The notes under the pieces: generated by a model
Told to the model about the DNA's origin: nothing
Database searches by the model: none
The model's input: the letters and a program-made list of their open reading frames with translations, nothing else
Shown here: positions 35,898 through 43,465 of the stretch, in pieces
How positions within the stretch are numbered: the first letter of the stretch is position 1
Layout: each line of letters opens with the position of its first letter
From: a virus
Lineage: Duplodnaviria > Caudoviricetes
IMG/VR virus record: IMGVR_UViG_3300021516_000010
Span: 1 to 43,465 of that record
Strand: one strand, 5' to 3'
DNA: 43,465 bases
Program-made: the position numbers and the translations under genes

Positions 35898-36425
35898 TTA
35901 AGAAGCCGTCATGAGACCAGCCGCAACCAGCGCGGCATGCATTGCGCGAACGTCGTCACCGATTTTTTCGGCTTCGACTTTGAGAGCGGCAAGGTCGGCG
36001 GCGGCCGCGGCTGTGCCGTTAGTGCTCGTAAGAACGACCGCTATAGGGTCACTCAAACCAGCGCCGTTAGGAACAGTTTCGATCACGTCGCCATCGGCCG
36101 ACGCAGCTTCGTTCGAAGAGAACGGAATTGCTGCAGCACCTTCTTCGGCGTTGTTGACTTTGCCATCGTTAGCGACTTTCAACTGCAGAGCATCGGCGAT
36201 AGCCGAATCAGCAGTGAAGAAGAACGAGCCGGGAGAGTTGCGAAGACGCACGGTCACTTGGCGACCGGAAACTTTAGCGTGGATAGTCACGCCGATCCAG
36301 TTGTTGCCGTCGACGGCGTCTGCGTAGACGACTTCTCCAGCGTTACCGCGTTTCACACGGCGATGAGCCGCGAGGTCTTCGCCGGCAGTAAAGGACATGT
36401 GGCCTGATTCGTTGATTGCACTCAT
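35898..36425 (-). CDS. Capsid decoration/cement protein (DUF2190-like) with C-terminal helical extension
   Basis: SFTAGEDLAAHRRVK...IGV...A..DGDVIE. Confidence 0.7.
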   Translation of the reverse strand: MSAINESGHMSFTAGEDLAAHRRVKRGNAGEVVYADAVDGNNWIGVTIHAKVSGRQVTVRLRNSPGSFFFTADSAIADALQLKVANDGKVNNAEEGAAAIPFSSNEAASADGDVIETVPNGAGLSDPIAVVLTSTNGTAAAAADLAALKVEAEKIGDDVRAMHAALVAAGLMTAS

Positions 36426-36468
36426 GATGATGTATTAGAGATATTGATAGTGTGTGTTGTCAACGCAA

Positions 36469-36960
36469 TTACAGAGACCGGAGAGCGGATTGGCCTGCGG
36501 AACCTGCGGCGATGAATTCTTTGTGAGCGTCAGGCGCCGTTTGCACAGTCTTGCGGACAGCTTCACTTTTCGCAAGTTTGTTGTCGCCAGTCATGAACTC
36601 GCGGACTTTCGCGACGAACGCGAACTCTTTCTTGTCGGCAGGTTTGTCTTCGACTTTCTTCACGTCGTCTGCAGGAGACGGTTTCGCTGGGGCGCCGAAT
36701 TGACGAAGTTTACCGAGAGCTTCGACTTGCGCGCTCAGTTGTTTGACCGAATCGAGAACGGACGCGAAAGTCTTTTCGTCGTCGGCGTCAGGTTCTTTTG
36801 GGTCGCTTTCTTTAGAAAGTTTCTTTTTCTTGTCGTCCTCTTTAGGATCGGTGATAGCGTCTTCAATTGCGGAGAAGCGCTTGTCGGATGCTTCGACGAA
36901 AGCGCCAAATTGGCGAGTCAGTTCGGCGATAGGGTCTTTAGTATTATCTGGTTCGGCCAT
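36469..36960 (-). CDS. Capsid scaffolding protein
   Basis: Charged, coiled-coil 163 aa between protease and decoration/capsid genes. Confidence 0.7.
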   Translation of the reverse strand: MAEPDNTKDPIAELTRQFGAFVEASDKRFSAIEDAITDPKEDDKKKKLSKESDPKEPDADDEKTFASVLDSVKQLSAQVEALGKLRQFGAPAKPSPADDVKKVEDKPADKKEFAFVAKVREFMTGDNKLAKSEAVRKTVQTAPDAHKEFIAAGSAGQSALRSL

Positions 36961-37042
36961 ATTGGTGTGAGTTGAGTTTTGAAGACGCTCTAGGCGTATA
37001 CCTATAGCGCGATTGTCAACTACACACCAATTAACGCTACGT

Positions 37043-37687
37043 CTAAGACTTCAACATCTCATGGGCGTCTTTCGAAGAACCGCCACCTTTACGAGGACCT
37101 GACCCAGGTCCACCAAATTGCTTAAGAGCAAAGCGACTCGCGGCCAGCCCAAAACCGCGAGTCGCCCCAACAACCGCCTCACCCAACGAGGCCATCTTTT
37201 TCACAGACGGGTCTTCGTCTTTAGCAGAAAATAGTCCATGCTTGTTCGCAGCAGGTTCAGTGACGATGTCTGCCGAAAACAACTCGCTGCACCGCGCGAA
37301 TGTGAGTGATCCAACTTTTTGATCTTCGCCAGCAAAATTCACTGAGAGACCGAAGGTGTCCGGAATTTTCTCAGCCATGTCGAAAAGCTTTTCGCCGTCT
37401 TTCTCAGATGCGAAGATTTCAAAGTCAGCGCGAAGTTGATTGCCGTCAAGCTGAAAGTTCTTCAAGAATCCGACGGTGGATAGAACTCCACTTCCATGAT
37501 CGGCTTTCACTTTCACGCCGCCACCGTATTTCATAGCACACTCTTTCAATTGGTCAAGAGTAGTCGCGTCGACATGCAACCCGTGCCCGCGGGCTTCTCC
37601 GATAGTCGCTACGGAGACTCCGTGAATAGTGCGAGTTCCGCGATCGATGCCTTTGTGGACGAATTTAGATTCGAGAGTGTGTTTCAT
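37043..37687 (-). CDS. Prohead maturation protease (HK97/assemblin-like)
   Basis: GEARGH, KADH, VG, LRAD, FGLSV (Ser), SADIV.EPAAN; C-terminal KQFGGPGSGP tail. Confidence 0.8.
   Translation of the reverse strand: MKHTLESKFVHKGIDRGTRTIHGVSVATIGEARGHGLHVDATTLDQLKECAMKYGGGVKVKADHGSGVLSTVGFLKNFQLDGNQLRADFEIFASEKDGEKLFDMAEKIPDTFGLSVNFAGEDQKVGSLTFARCSELFSADIVTEPAANKHGLFSAKDEDPSVKKMASLGEAVVGATRGFGLAASRFALKQFGGPGSGPRKGGGSSKDAHEMLKS
37065..37123. repeat. 59-bp direct repeat, copy A (encodes KQFGGPGSGPxKGGGSSKDA)
   Basis: Matches 40461-40519 with 4 mismatches. Confidence 0.9.
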
Positions 37688-37713
37688 ATAGCTGTGTTAA
37701 CGCGTTTAAATAG

Positions 37714-38196
37714 TTATTTGTTAAGTTCTTGTTTGTATTCGTCTAACTCGTCTTGCATATCGTCGACATAATTTTGTGGAGTCTCTCTGCGCAACGCGTA
37801 AGCACTATTTTTTGGAGCGTACGTTACATCTGAACTTTTAAATTGACTTTTGGTCGGGTCGATAATTTCGCCGTCTGCGGTCTCAATCCAAACGTGGTCG
37901 ACCTCATTTACTCCGTCGAGTACCCCACCACTGACTACGCTAAACCTAACCACGCCCGCTTCCAACGCGGCTTCGCTCACTCGAGCCACTTCTACCGCGC
38001 AATCGCCGTATTCAAACGAGCCGGCGCTATTCACAAAATCATTTATTTTGTGAAATACCGCCGATTTGGCTTCTGAGTCTTTTGTATTGTACGGCCCGCG
38101 AGACTCGCCCTCGCGAGGTCCCGATCCTGGGCCGCCGAACTGTTTGAGCTTAAACTCAAGCGCGTTCAATTCAAACTGGTAAAGTTGACGAATCAT
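37714..38196 (-). CDS. Transglutaminase/papain-like Cys-His-Asp domain protein with KQFGGPGSGP leader
   Basis: YGDC...DHVWIE...IIDPT..QF. Confidence 0.65.
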   Translation of the reverse strand: MIRQLYQFELNALEFKLKQFGGPGSGPREGESRGPYNTKDSEAKSAVFHKINDFVNSAGSFEYGDCAVEVARVSEAALEAGVVRFSVVSGGVLDGVNEVDHVWIETADGEIIDPTKSQFKSSDVTYAPKNSAYALRRETPQNYVDDMQDELDEYKQELNK

Positions 38197-39899
38197 AGTG
38201 TTGTTTTCGTGAGAAGAGAAAGTTCCTTGATGAGATGCGATTCCAAAATAGACCCAGGTTGAGCGCCCTTAAGAGACTCCTCAAGCCAAACTTGACGATA
38301 CGTTGGATCCATATCAACTGTATCTGTGTGGTGGGCAGACACTGACCGACGTTGAAATTCTTTTTGCTGGGCTTGAGCTGCTACCGCGGCGTCTTCGGCG
38401 TCGGCGCCATGAATGCCTTGCACTGGATCCGCGTCAGTACGACCTTCTTTAGCCAGCGTTTGAATCATGCTGACTGGTACATCGTACTTTTTAGACAGCG
38501 ACAAAAGATTCGCGGCTTCGACAGCGAGTTGCTCTTGCTCATCGAAGACATTCTGTCCTTGCTCGCCGTAGATGTTCAACGCGGTTTTCAAACCTTGACG
38601 ATTTTCAGCAAGGTTCGCTTGAGACTCGCGGCCAATGTCAACAGTAGGATGCGCAGCGAAGAGGAACGTACCATTGTAAGGGTTGGGAGTCGCTCGAATC
38701 TTTTTCGTGGCAATACCTACTGCGATGACCGCATCTTTGAGAGGTTCGAGCCAACTTGCGCGCCCGTTTCGCTGATGCCGATAGAACGCTCGAGCGGCTC
38801 GAGCCGAATCCAATCGAGTAGCCGTCCCCATCACTCCCGAAGCATCGAACAAGAAGGAGTATGGAATACCAGTCCCCATCGACCCCAACCGCAGCATGAG
38901 TTGGATAAAGCCCTGCCATGCCGCCGCTGGTCGCTGGTTGGAAAACTGCTGAAACTTTTCGTTGGCCTCAAGGTACTCGATTCGTCCGTGTTCAAAGCGC
39001 TCGAACTTCGTGGCGCCTGACAAAGCCGGCGAATCGCCGTCGCTGAAATAATCTTCATCTTCTACCGCGCCGCCAGACTCGCGTTGGACTACGCCAGCGA
39101 TGTTAGACGCCCATTTCACCGCTGCGATTTCAGCTTCGATGATCTCTTTACTGTCTCGGATGTGAGTGACAATAGGTCGGTAACCTGTCACGCCTCGGTA
39201 CGCGTCAAACCGAGTCAAATGCGTCCAAAGCAAAAATTGATTGCCGGGAAGCGTCGTGTCGTAGAGGTAATAAGAATCGTTTCGGTTGTAGACGTCAACT
39301 CCTGTGACTTCGCCACGATCACCAAGGTGCAAACCCGAAACGAAGCTTGGACTATACGCCACCGACGAGTTCATTGCGCCGATGCGATCGCATTCGTAAG
39401 GAATCACTCGGGGTAACCCATTATCGTTCGCATAGCCTTCAACGATGTGAATACCAACGTCGCCGTCTCGGCAAGATGAAGACGCACCCATCTGAGCAAG
39501 CCGTTCGAGCGAGAACCGCTTATCGCTAGTCACAGACTTCGCCCATTCGGCGAAATACTGATTGTATTCGCGGTCGGCTTCCAATCCGCCGCCTGTGCGA
39601 GCGCAGTATTGAACTTTGCCGAACCCATACTCTTCGATCGCCATTTGAATTGCTGCGGCGACCGACGAATTTTCTTCAAGGTCGCGAGCCTCTAACATCA
39701 ATTTGACTCGGTCGCGCGAGTAGACGCTACTTTCCGGATTCTGTTGGGCTGGTGAAATGGGCGACTTACGATCGCGCGTGGACATCGCGGCTTCCGCTCG
39801 GAACATCTTAACGCGAGATTTGGCGCGCTTTTCCATCCACCCCGGAAAAACCGTGGCTAGTTTCTTTTCCCAATCATGAAGAATAACGCGTGAGGCCAT
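38193..39899 (-). CDS. Portal protein, lambda family
   Basis: 568 aa; ARDLEEN, RDGDV, R...YRGV, IEYL...E, G.GIPY, .D...E..A. Confidence 0.9.
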   Translation of the reverse strand: MASRVILHDWEKKLATVFPGWMEKRAKSRVKMFRAEAAMSTRDRKSPISPAQQNPESSVYSRDRVKLMLEARDLEENSSVAAAIQMAIEEYGFGKVQYCARTGGGLEADREYNQYFAEWAKSVTSDKRFSLERLAQMGASSSCRDGDVGIHIVEGYANDNGLPRVIPYECDRIGAMNSSVAYSPSFVSGLHLGDRGEVTGVDVYNRNDSYYLYDTTLPGNQFLLWTHLTRFDAYRGVTGYRPIVTHIRDSKEIIEAEIAAVKWASNIAGVVQRESGGAVEDEDYFSDGDSPALSGATKFERFEHGRIEYLEANEKFQQFSNQRPAAAWQGFIQLMLRLGSMGTGIPYSFLFDASGVMGTATRLDSARAARAFYRHQRNGRASWLEPLKDAVIAVGIATKKIRATPNPYNGTFLFAAHPTVDIGRESQANLAENRQGLKTALNIYGEQGQNVFDEQEQLAVEAANLLSLSKKYDVPVSMIQTLAKEGRTDADPVQGIHGADAEDAAVAAQAQQKEFQRRSVSAHHTDTVDMDPTYRQVWLEESLKGAQPGSILESHLIKELSLLTKTTL

Positions 39900-39904
39900 G
39901 AGTA

Positions 39905-40141
39905 TTAAAATCTACGGAAATCGGTGAAGGTACGACGCGACATTTTACCGCTCTTCTTTCGTTGCGCCATAGTAATTTGATCAATCGTCTGTTTGACTTT
40001 ATCAAGATCGGCGCGAGTGAAGGACCGACCGTCAATGGAGTAGGATTGGCCAGCAGTCGCAATCGCTTCAAGACACGCAAGATACTTCGTCCTCAGAGAG
40101 GCGAGTTCCGGCGACGTGAGGTTGTAGAAGGGGTTGGCCAT
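39905..40141 (-). CDS. Head-to-tail joining protein (gpW-like)
   Basis: GQSYSIDGRSFTRADL; immediately before the portal. Confidence 0.8.
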   Translation of the reverse strand: MANPFYNLTSPELASLRTKYLACLEAIATAGQSYSIDGRSFTRADLDKVKQTIDQITMAQRKKSGKMSRRTFTDFRRF

Positions 40142-40570
40142 TTAGTTGTCGTCGGGATGAATGCCGTGTTTCTTCAAAAACTTGTCGACTTTATACTTGG
40201 GCCCAGTGAACTTAAACACTGGGTTCCCGCCACCAGGTCCGTTTGGGTTAGTCATTACCGCTTTCACGCCCGCGTCATCTGCTGACCGCATGAAATTATC
40301 TTCTTGCCTCGAATTCTCAAACGCTACATCAACGTCGTCAATCGTTGTCGGTTCGACAGACAAGCCATTCTTTTCGGCGAATGCGGCGTCTTCTGCGTCC
40401 ATCAACGCTTGAATTCGAGCTGCTTCTTTTTCACGATACGTCGTAGCCGCTCGTGGATTCGCGTCTTTCGAAGAACCGCCGCCTTTTTGAGGACCTGACC
40501 CAGGTCCACCGAATTGCTTGAGTTTGAACTTAGACGCGTTAAGATTGAATTGCTGAAGTTGAGTGACCAT
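40142..40570 (-). CDS. Hypothetical protein with KQFGGPGSGP leader (putative capsid-internal protein)
   Basis: N-terminus aligns with that of 37714..38196; the rest is unrelated. Confidence 0.7.
   Translation of the reverse strand: MVTQLQQFNLNASKFKLKQFGGPGSGPQKGGGSSKDANPRAATTYREKEAARIQALMDAEDAAFAEKNGLSVEPTTIDDVDVAFENSRQEDNFMRSADDAGVKAVMTNPNGPGGGNPVFKFTGPKYKVDKFLKKHGIHPDDN
40461..40519. repeat. 59-bp direct repeat, copy B
   Basis: Matches 37065-37123. Confidence 0.9.
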
Positions 40571-40579
40571 AAGAATTAT

Positions 40580-40888
40580 CTAATCAGATGTTGTCAAAAG
40601 AGGAAGATCGAGATGAAAACTGCTCACTGATGGGGAGAAACGAGTCCACCGCCATCCGCAATCGTCGACAATACAATTCGGTTTTGACAAAATGAAACTG
40701 AAAAGTTCAGTCACACCAAACTTTGTCGCGGCCGCTTTCGCATATTCGACGCCTCGCATCGACCAAAGAGTAAGAACGTACCCACGAGATTTCTGACGCT
40801 TCAGCCAATCAACGAGTTTAACGTTCAACACGTCGTTTCGCACGAGTGTTCCGTCGACGTCTACGTAAATGTTATTCGACATGCTCAT
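40580..40888 (-). CDS. Minimal HAD-superfamily hydrolase
   Basis: IYVDVDGTL, LWS, KP..IVDD. Confidence 0.8.
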   Translation of the reverse strand: MSMSNNIYVDVDGTLVRNDVLNVKLVDWLKRQKSRGYVLTLWSMRGVEYAKAAATKFGVTELFSFILSKPNCIVDDCGWRWTRFSPSVSSFHLDLPLLTTSD

Positions 40889-42791
40889 ACTCTTCGGCGT
40901 CTATATTTGCGCCAACTGGCGCGGTTAATTCTTCTGTGTTGCCACCAATTTCAACATCATCACCGATCAACCCGGAGAGAGAAGCCATCGCGACGATCAT
41001 GCACTCGCAATCTCGAAGATGCGCTCCGTTCTTACGATCTACTAAAACATATTTCACGCGGCCACGACCAGTCGCCGGATCCACTTTAACTTGCGGAATT
41101 TCAGCTTTGAGTTGCTTAAACCAGTCTGCGGGTGTGTTTTCAGGAATGTCCCAAGCTTTTCCGTTGCCCGCCCATAGATTATCCAAGATTTTTTTGATCG
41201 TAGGATTCGACCAACGAAAGAGCGCACACGCTCTCATACGCATCTTAGATTTGTCATACGAAGACACATCAGACGTTTTAGCGCCTCGCATTGGATCACC
41301 CAACATTTTTTTGCTGATCGGGCGTTGCGTGACTTTACCGTCAGCTCTCGCGACTGAATATGATATCTTGTCGTCGCCCATGAGAGCCGTCCAACCGAAC
41401 CTACAGCACTGATAAAAGACTGCGCGCGGTCCTTTGCCACCCGGTCCGAACGACGCATCGACTCCCACGCATTTGTCAGCGACTCGCGCTTTTAGCTGAA
41501 CTGCTCTTACGTCGTCCCACGAACCAAGAATTTTGCCACAATAGAGCAACCGGCTTCTTCCATCAGTAGCAAAAGCTCGCACTGCGTACCAAAAGTGGTC
41601 GGCTTGAACGTCGACAGACATATACAACCTGTATTCATCAGCCCATGGGTCTCCCGCGCGGTAGTTGGCCGTGACTTTTTCAACTTCACTGTGCGTGTCT
41701 TGTAACTTCCAAAATTCGCCAAGACGTTTTTGAATAAACTCTTGAAGAGGAAGGAACGCTCCGAATTTAGACGCGCTGACTGCTTTCAAGAACTCAACGA
41801 CCAATTTAGACCACGAAACCCACTCAACGCAGATCGCATTAAAGTGAAATGACTTGTTTCCCGGCAACGGGTTAGTATTTTGAGCTACGTACCGAGACCG
41901 TAGATTCATATCGCGTCTAGACGCTACTGAATCGTAGTACCGATGAGTGCAGTCAGAGTTTGAACATTCATAGTACGCGGTCTTCGCTAGCTCCATGTAG
42001 TTCCATTCGCCGTCAGTATTCTGCGTCAGTTCATTAGTCTCCCACGTCAAGCCGCCAGTATACTTCTTGTTGCGTCCTTTGATCTGGTACGGCTGCAACA
42101 TTTTACAAGCCGGACATTCAAACATCCACTCACACTGATCACCGTCGCTAAACGCTCCATGAGAATCGTCGTTCTCCACACCGCCAGTTGACGTGTTGAG
42201 TATGAACCTATTCCAAAACGCGGTCGTTCGTTTTTCAGCTTCGGCCAGATGTCCTTGGGGCCACAACCATATTTCATCGTTCAACAACCAACGAATAGAC
42301 TTGCTTTGCAGATTCGCTCGAGTCTCGGCGCCTTGAATGATAGCGAACATGTGACCGAAGTCGATGTGCTTCGCTCGGTATCTATCTGGCAACAACTTAG
42401 CAATCGGCGGCGTAGCTTTGAAGATGCGGTCAATTCGTTCGCGTACCGCTTCGTCAGCGTCTCCGTCTGTCTGAAAGTTCCACATCAGAGGGCCCGGTTC
42501 TTCTGCAACCGCGTAACTTGCTACGACTTCTTGCAACGTAGACTTCGCCGATTGAACGGACCCAACCACCGTAACGCGCTCGATGCGATGACCATTTTGC
42601 ATCGCCGATCCTGTGCAGAACCTCATGGGCTCGCGCAAATACGGAGTGGGAGTGCATGAGAATCTGGACGAGATCGCCGAGAAGGGTAGCCTTACATTCT
42701 CTTCTGCCCATACATCAAGCGTGACGTCCGTCACTGGCTTGATGATAGACGTGACGATGTCGTCGATAAACTGTTCGTCGGTCTTAATCAT
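40872..42791 (-). CDS. terL: Terminase large subunit, GpA family
   Basis: TPYLREPM, SVQSAKST (Walker A), LLNDE (Walker B), TST, CPAC, SVDVQ nuclease, H.RDC. Confidence 0.93.
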   Translation of the reverse strand: MIKTDEQFIDDIVTSIIKPVTDVTLDVWAEENVRLPFSAISSRFSCTPTPYLREPMRFCTGSAMQNGHRIERVTVVGSVQSAKSTLQEVVASYAVAEEPGPLMWNFQTDGDADEAVRERIDRIFKATPPIAKLLPDRYRAKHIDFGHMFAIIQGAETRANLQSKSIRWLLNDEIWLWPQGHLAEAEKRTTAFWNRFILNTSTGGVENDDSHGAFSDGDQCEWMFECPACKMLQPYQIKGRNKKYTGGLTWETNELTQNTDGEWNYMELAKTAYYECSNSDCTHRYYDSVASRRDMNLRSRYVAQNTNPLPGNKSFHFNAICVEWVSWSKLVVEFLKAVSASKFGAFLPLQEFIQKRLGEFWKLQDTHSEVEKVTANYRAGDPWADEYRLYMSVDVQADHFWYAVRAFATDGRSRLLYCGKILGSWDDVRAVQLKARVADKCVGVDASFGPGGKGPRAVFYQCCRFGWTALMGDDKISYSVARADGKVTQRPISKKMLGDPMRGAKTSDVSSYDKSKMRMRACALFRWSNPTIKKILDNLWAGNGKAWDIPENTPADWFKQLKAEIPQVKVDPATGRGRVKYVLVDRKNGAHLRDCECMIVAMASLSGLIGDDVEIGGNTEELTAPVGANIDAEEYEHVE

Positions 42792-43347
42792 TTAGAGTGT
42801 CTGTTTTAGATGAGAACTCCGCTTTGATGCGGCGATACGCGGCCTTCAACTTTTCACGAATCTCAATAGCCGACAAGCCTTCTAATACTTGGGGCAACTC
42901 TTGCTCAAACTGCCGGCGGAAATTCATGTCGAGATCGGTGAGAAAGCCAGACAGTTTAGATTGGAGCGTTTGACGAGAGACGTAGTCTCCCCGTTCAATA
43001 GCCATCTGCTGTTCGATCTTTGCGATCTGTGCCAACATCTGTTTTGCTCGGATACTGACAATGTCGAACGTCATAGGTTGACCCGCAGACGATGGGAGAG
43101 AATCAAGCGTGTCAGACGATTTACCGAAGTGAATTTTCGCGAAGTCGATAAACTTCTGAACGTGAAATCCTCGAGCGTTTGGTTGCGGACACCCAGGTAT
43201 TTTGAGAAGCCGGTCGATCACCACGCGGCTGATGCCGATGCGATGAGCCAACATCACTTTCGTCCGCGCAAACTCTGACGTCGCAGGATTCTCAGTCGCT
43301 CGAGCCTTCTTCGAGTGAGGTTTGGCGCTCTTAAACTTGATAGTCAT
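42784..43347 (-). CDS. terS: Terminase small subunit (Nu1-like)
   Basis: N-terminal HTH (LAHRIGISR), coiled coil with ERGDYV; overlaps the terL start. Confidence 0.75.
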   Translation of the reverse strand: MTIKFKSAKPHSKKARATENPATSEFARTKVMLAHRIGISRVVIDRLLKIPGCPQPNARGFHVQKFIDFAKIHFGKSSDTLDSLPSSAGQPMTFDIVSIRAKQMLAQIAKIEQQMAIERGDYVSRQTLQSKLSGFLTDLDMNFRRQFEQELPQVLEGLSAIEIREKLKAAYRRIKAEFSSKTDTLND

Positions 43348-43456
43348 GGTTATATACTGGTTGAGCTCGAGTGCACGAGTGCCTTCAGGATTCTCACACG
43401 GGTGTAACAGCGCGGTTTCGCTCGTCGTAAGAGAAACGAGGTGATTCGATATACCT

Positions 43457-43465
43457 GCCTTCTAT
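43457..43465. repeat. Right copy of 9-bp terminal direct repeat GCCTTCTAT
   Basis: Identical to bases 1-9. Confidence 0.8.

Noticed and set aside
36430-37025. TTGACA hexamers upstream of the scaffold and decoration genes
   Set aside because: No convincing -10 at 16-18 bp spacing; may be activator-dependent late promoters, but I cannot support that.
542-43278. Many plus-strand ORFs, some about 200 aa (11957..12589, 17498..18094, 38352..39020)
   Set aside because: All are antisense shadows of well-supported minus-strand genes and show no recognisable motifs.

Overview
The window looks like a complete or nearly complete ~43.5 kb tailed (siphovirus-type) phage genome, with every credible gene on the minus strand. 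A 9-bp direct repeat sits at both ends, the right-hand copy just upstream of a lambda-like terminase pair. Reading right to left: (i) lambda-like head module (small and large GpA-type terminase, gpW-like adaptor, portal, prohead protease, scaffold, decoration protein, major capsid); (ii) fibre genes, a CHAP endolysin lysis cassette, then tail genes with a -1 frameshift chaperone and a tape measure; (iii) RuvC-like resolvase in frame with a histone-H1-like protein, and a dNMP kinase; (iv) an early region of three repeated promoter/hairpin/gene/pseudoknot cassettes; (v) replication genes (SF2 helicase, PD-(D/E)xK nuclease, SSB-like, PolA, primase-helicase, possible iteron origin); (vi) a cytosine-modification set (dCMP-type thymidylate-synthase homologue, T4 alpha-glucosyltransferase homologue, MazG-like pyrophosphatase, divergent C5-methyltransferase). 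I found no integrase, repressor, tRNA or CRISPR array. The best leads are the T4-like glycosyl-hmC pathway in a small siphovirus, a shared KQF-GGPGSGP tag on the protease and two putative capsid cargo proteins, and a covarying compact RNA pseudoknot closing each early cassette. All family assignments come from motif recognition by eye, not database searches.
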